Source of the DNA: Octopus sinensis | Taxonomy: Eukaryota | Assembly: GCF_006345805.1 (NCBI RefSeq) | Contig: NC_043000.1 | Location: 12,152,001-12,216,000, forward strand | DNA length: 64,000 nucleotides | Direction: 5' to 3' | Shown here: positions 61,570-64,000 of the stretch, in pieces | How positions within the stretch are numbered: position 1 is the stretch's first letter | Layout: each line of letters opens with the position of its first letter | Translations under genes and position numbers: made by a program | The notes under the pieces: generated by a model | Databases searched by the model: none | Seen by the model: the letters and a program-made list of their open reading frames with translations, nothing else | Told to the model about the DNA's origin: nothing

Positions 61570-64000
61570 ACATGACGCTATTAGGACCAATGCCACTTCC
61601 ACCCCACCCACAGCCTCAGGGTTGGCACCCTCACGTCGGCACACGAAAGGCAGATCTGGCGAGATAGTGAATGCTTGAACGGAGGGGGTTGATATATGCT
61701 GCATTCAAGAAGTGAGGTGGAGAGGAGGTTCTGCTAGGTTCCTCACAGGCAAAGGACAGAGGTACAAGATTTTCTGGCTGGGAATAACTGACGGAGTCGG
61801 GGGTGTGGGCATGCTTATCGCCGAAAAATGGGTAGATAAGGTAATCGAGGTAGTCAGAGTAAGTGACAGAATAATAAGATTAGATTAGTGCTCCACCATA
61901 GTTTAGCAACTATTATATCGGCCTATGCCCCTCAGCCAGGGCTACCTGATGGACAGAAAGACTGTTTCTATGACACCCTACTGCAGACCACATCATTGAC
62001 GAACGACAGGGACCTTCTCTTTGTGGCTGGTGACTTCAATGGCATGTTGGACGACGTGCTGGGGGCTTCCATGGCGTACATGGAGGCTACGGTTATGGTT
62101 CCCGCAACGAGGAGGGAACCAGGCTGCTGGAGTTCTGCGATGCGAATAGTCTTATGATTTGCAACACTAACTTCAGGAAACCGACAAGCCACCTGGTCAC
62201 CTACCGATCGGGCCGGCATACTAGCCAAATCGACTACATCCTTGCCAGAAAAAGGGAAAGATGGCTGCTTATAAATGCCAAAACCTTCCCAGGTGAAGAA
62301 TGCACCCCACAACATAGACTGGTAGTTAGTGACTTTAGGATCAGGACAAAGAGGGCGACTAGAAGACGACCAACATGGAGAAGAAGGGTCTGGAAGCTTA
62401 AAGACCCTGCGAATGGACAGAGATTTAGAGATATGTTATTTGAAGCCTTAGACGAAATGGAAGAGTATAGCTACGCATGGGGTAGAAGACAACTGGACGC
62501 TTCTGAGGGACAACCTGCTGAAAGCCGCTGACCAGATCTGTGGCTGGTGCAAAGTCCCCTTAAGACCCAAAATAACGTGGTGGTGGAACAATATTGTTGA
62601 CAGGGCTATTAGACAAAAGAAACAGGCTTGGAAGGCCTGGAAGAACGGTGGTAGCAGGGAAGTGTATCAGTCTGCCAGAAGGGAAGCCAGGAGACAGGTC
62701 TATCTAGCCAGAGGGGAGGCAGATAAGGAAAAATTTGCCAATGTCCTGCGTCGTGAGGATGAAAGACTTGAGGTATTTCGTGTTGCAAGACAGTGTGTGA
62801 GAGAGAATCGTGACGTGGTAGGAGAAAATGTGTTCGCATGGGGATGGTTCACTTGCGTTAAATGAGGATGCAAAGAGAGAAGCTTGGAGACGCCACTATG
62901 AAAGGTTGCTGAATGAGGAAAATGAATGGGATAAAGAGAGTCTGCCGAATGTCGACCCAACAGAGGGACCAGCAATCCGAGTTAACAGTTCCTTAGTAGA
63001 TAAGGCAATTAGAAGCATGAAAACAGGGAAAGCCCCAGGCCCATCAGGAATTACTGCAGAGATGCTCAAAATATCTGGTGGTGTCGGCTATAGCTTAGTC
63101 ACCCGTATAGTTAACCAGTGATACACGAGGGTCATACCCAATGACTGGTGTAGCAGCATAATAGTCAACTGCTACAAAGGTAAAGGCGACGCCCTAGAGA
63201 CAAATAACTACAGGGCCAGCTGCTGCTGGATCAGGTAATGAAGGTTACGGAGAGGGTTGTAGCCCAACTAATTAGAGAGAGAATTACCTTAGATGATATG
63301 CAGTTTGGGTTCGTGCAAGGGAAAAGTACTACTGATGCTATTCCTGGTAAGACAGCTGCAGGAGAAATACCTAGCCAAAGATAAGCCCTTGTACCTGGCT
63401 TTTGTTACTTGGAGAAAGCCTTTGACAGGGTCCCCCGGTCCCTTATCTGGTGGTCAATGAGGAAACTAGGGATAGAAGAATGGTTGGTGAGAGCTGTTCA
63501 AGCCATGTACAGAGACGCTGCTAGTAAGGTGAGGGTGGGCAACGAGTACAGTGAAGAATTCCGGGTAGAGGTTGGGGTCCACCAAGGTTCAGTCCTCAGT
63601 CCCCTCCTATTTATCATAGTCCTCCAGGCAATAACGGAGGAATTCAAGACAGGTTGCCCCTGGGAGCTCCTCTATGCTGATGACCTTGCTCTAATTGCTG
63701 AGTCACTATCAGAACTGGAGGAGAAGTTTCAGGTGTGGAAACAAGGATTAGAATCGAAGGGCCTTAGAATCAACCTAGCCAAAACCAAAGTTCTAATAAG
63801 TAGGAAGGTAGATCAATCACAAACGCCTTCAGGTAGATGGCCCTGCTCGATCTGTAAAACGGTGTAGGTAGAAATCTATAAGATGCACCAAGTGTAGCTA
63901 TGGACACATAAGAGGTGCAGCAAGTCAAAGGAAGGCTAACTAGGAAAATAGTTTTTGTCTGTGGCAATGCTCAGGAGCAATAAACACTGGAAATATGCAG
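61570..64000 (+). mobile_element. Near-full-length RTE LINE (APE endonuclease plus RT), many frameshifts, runs off the window
   Basis: DICCIQEVRW, FVAGDFNG, SQIDYIL, PQHRLV, GKAPGP, EKAFDRVP, GVHQGSVLSPLLF, LLYADDL; 5' end abuts (TA)n. Confidence 0.96.

Overview
AT-rich animal genomic DNA saturated with microsatellites and transposable elements. The repeat landscape looks like an octopus/coleoid cephalopod, which is an inference and not a database match. I cannot support any intact host protein-coding gene. Nearly all listed ORFs are microsatellite read-through or decayed TE fragments. Recognisable content: three DD34D mariner remnants (one 3' half is Hsmar1-like), DD37D/maT fragments, hAT and TTAA-type MITEs with TSDs, non-autonomous Helitrons, four tRNA-derived SINE families, and RTE, R4/Dong, L1/Tx1 and CR1-like LINE remnants. 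There is also a 100-N gap and a possible promoter (X-box plus CRE) near 13.4 kb. The most interesting signals are (1) at least seven hammerhead-ribozyme (HHR) motifs of several Penelope-like families, two embedded in ~100-120 bp fold-back palindromes and one closed by a perfect 34-bp stem, and (2) an abundant RTE LINE that carries a C4HC3 PHD-type finger inside its RT, a variable array of GCCAG/CTGGC hairpins in its 3' UTR, and an apparent preference for (TA)n targets. All alignments and folds were done by eye.
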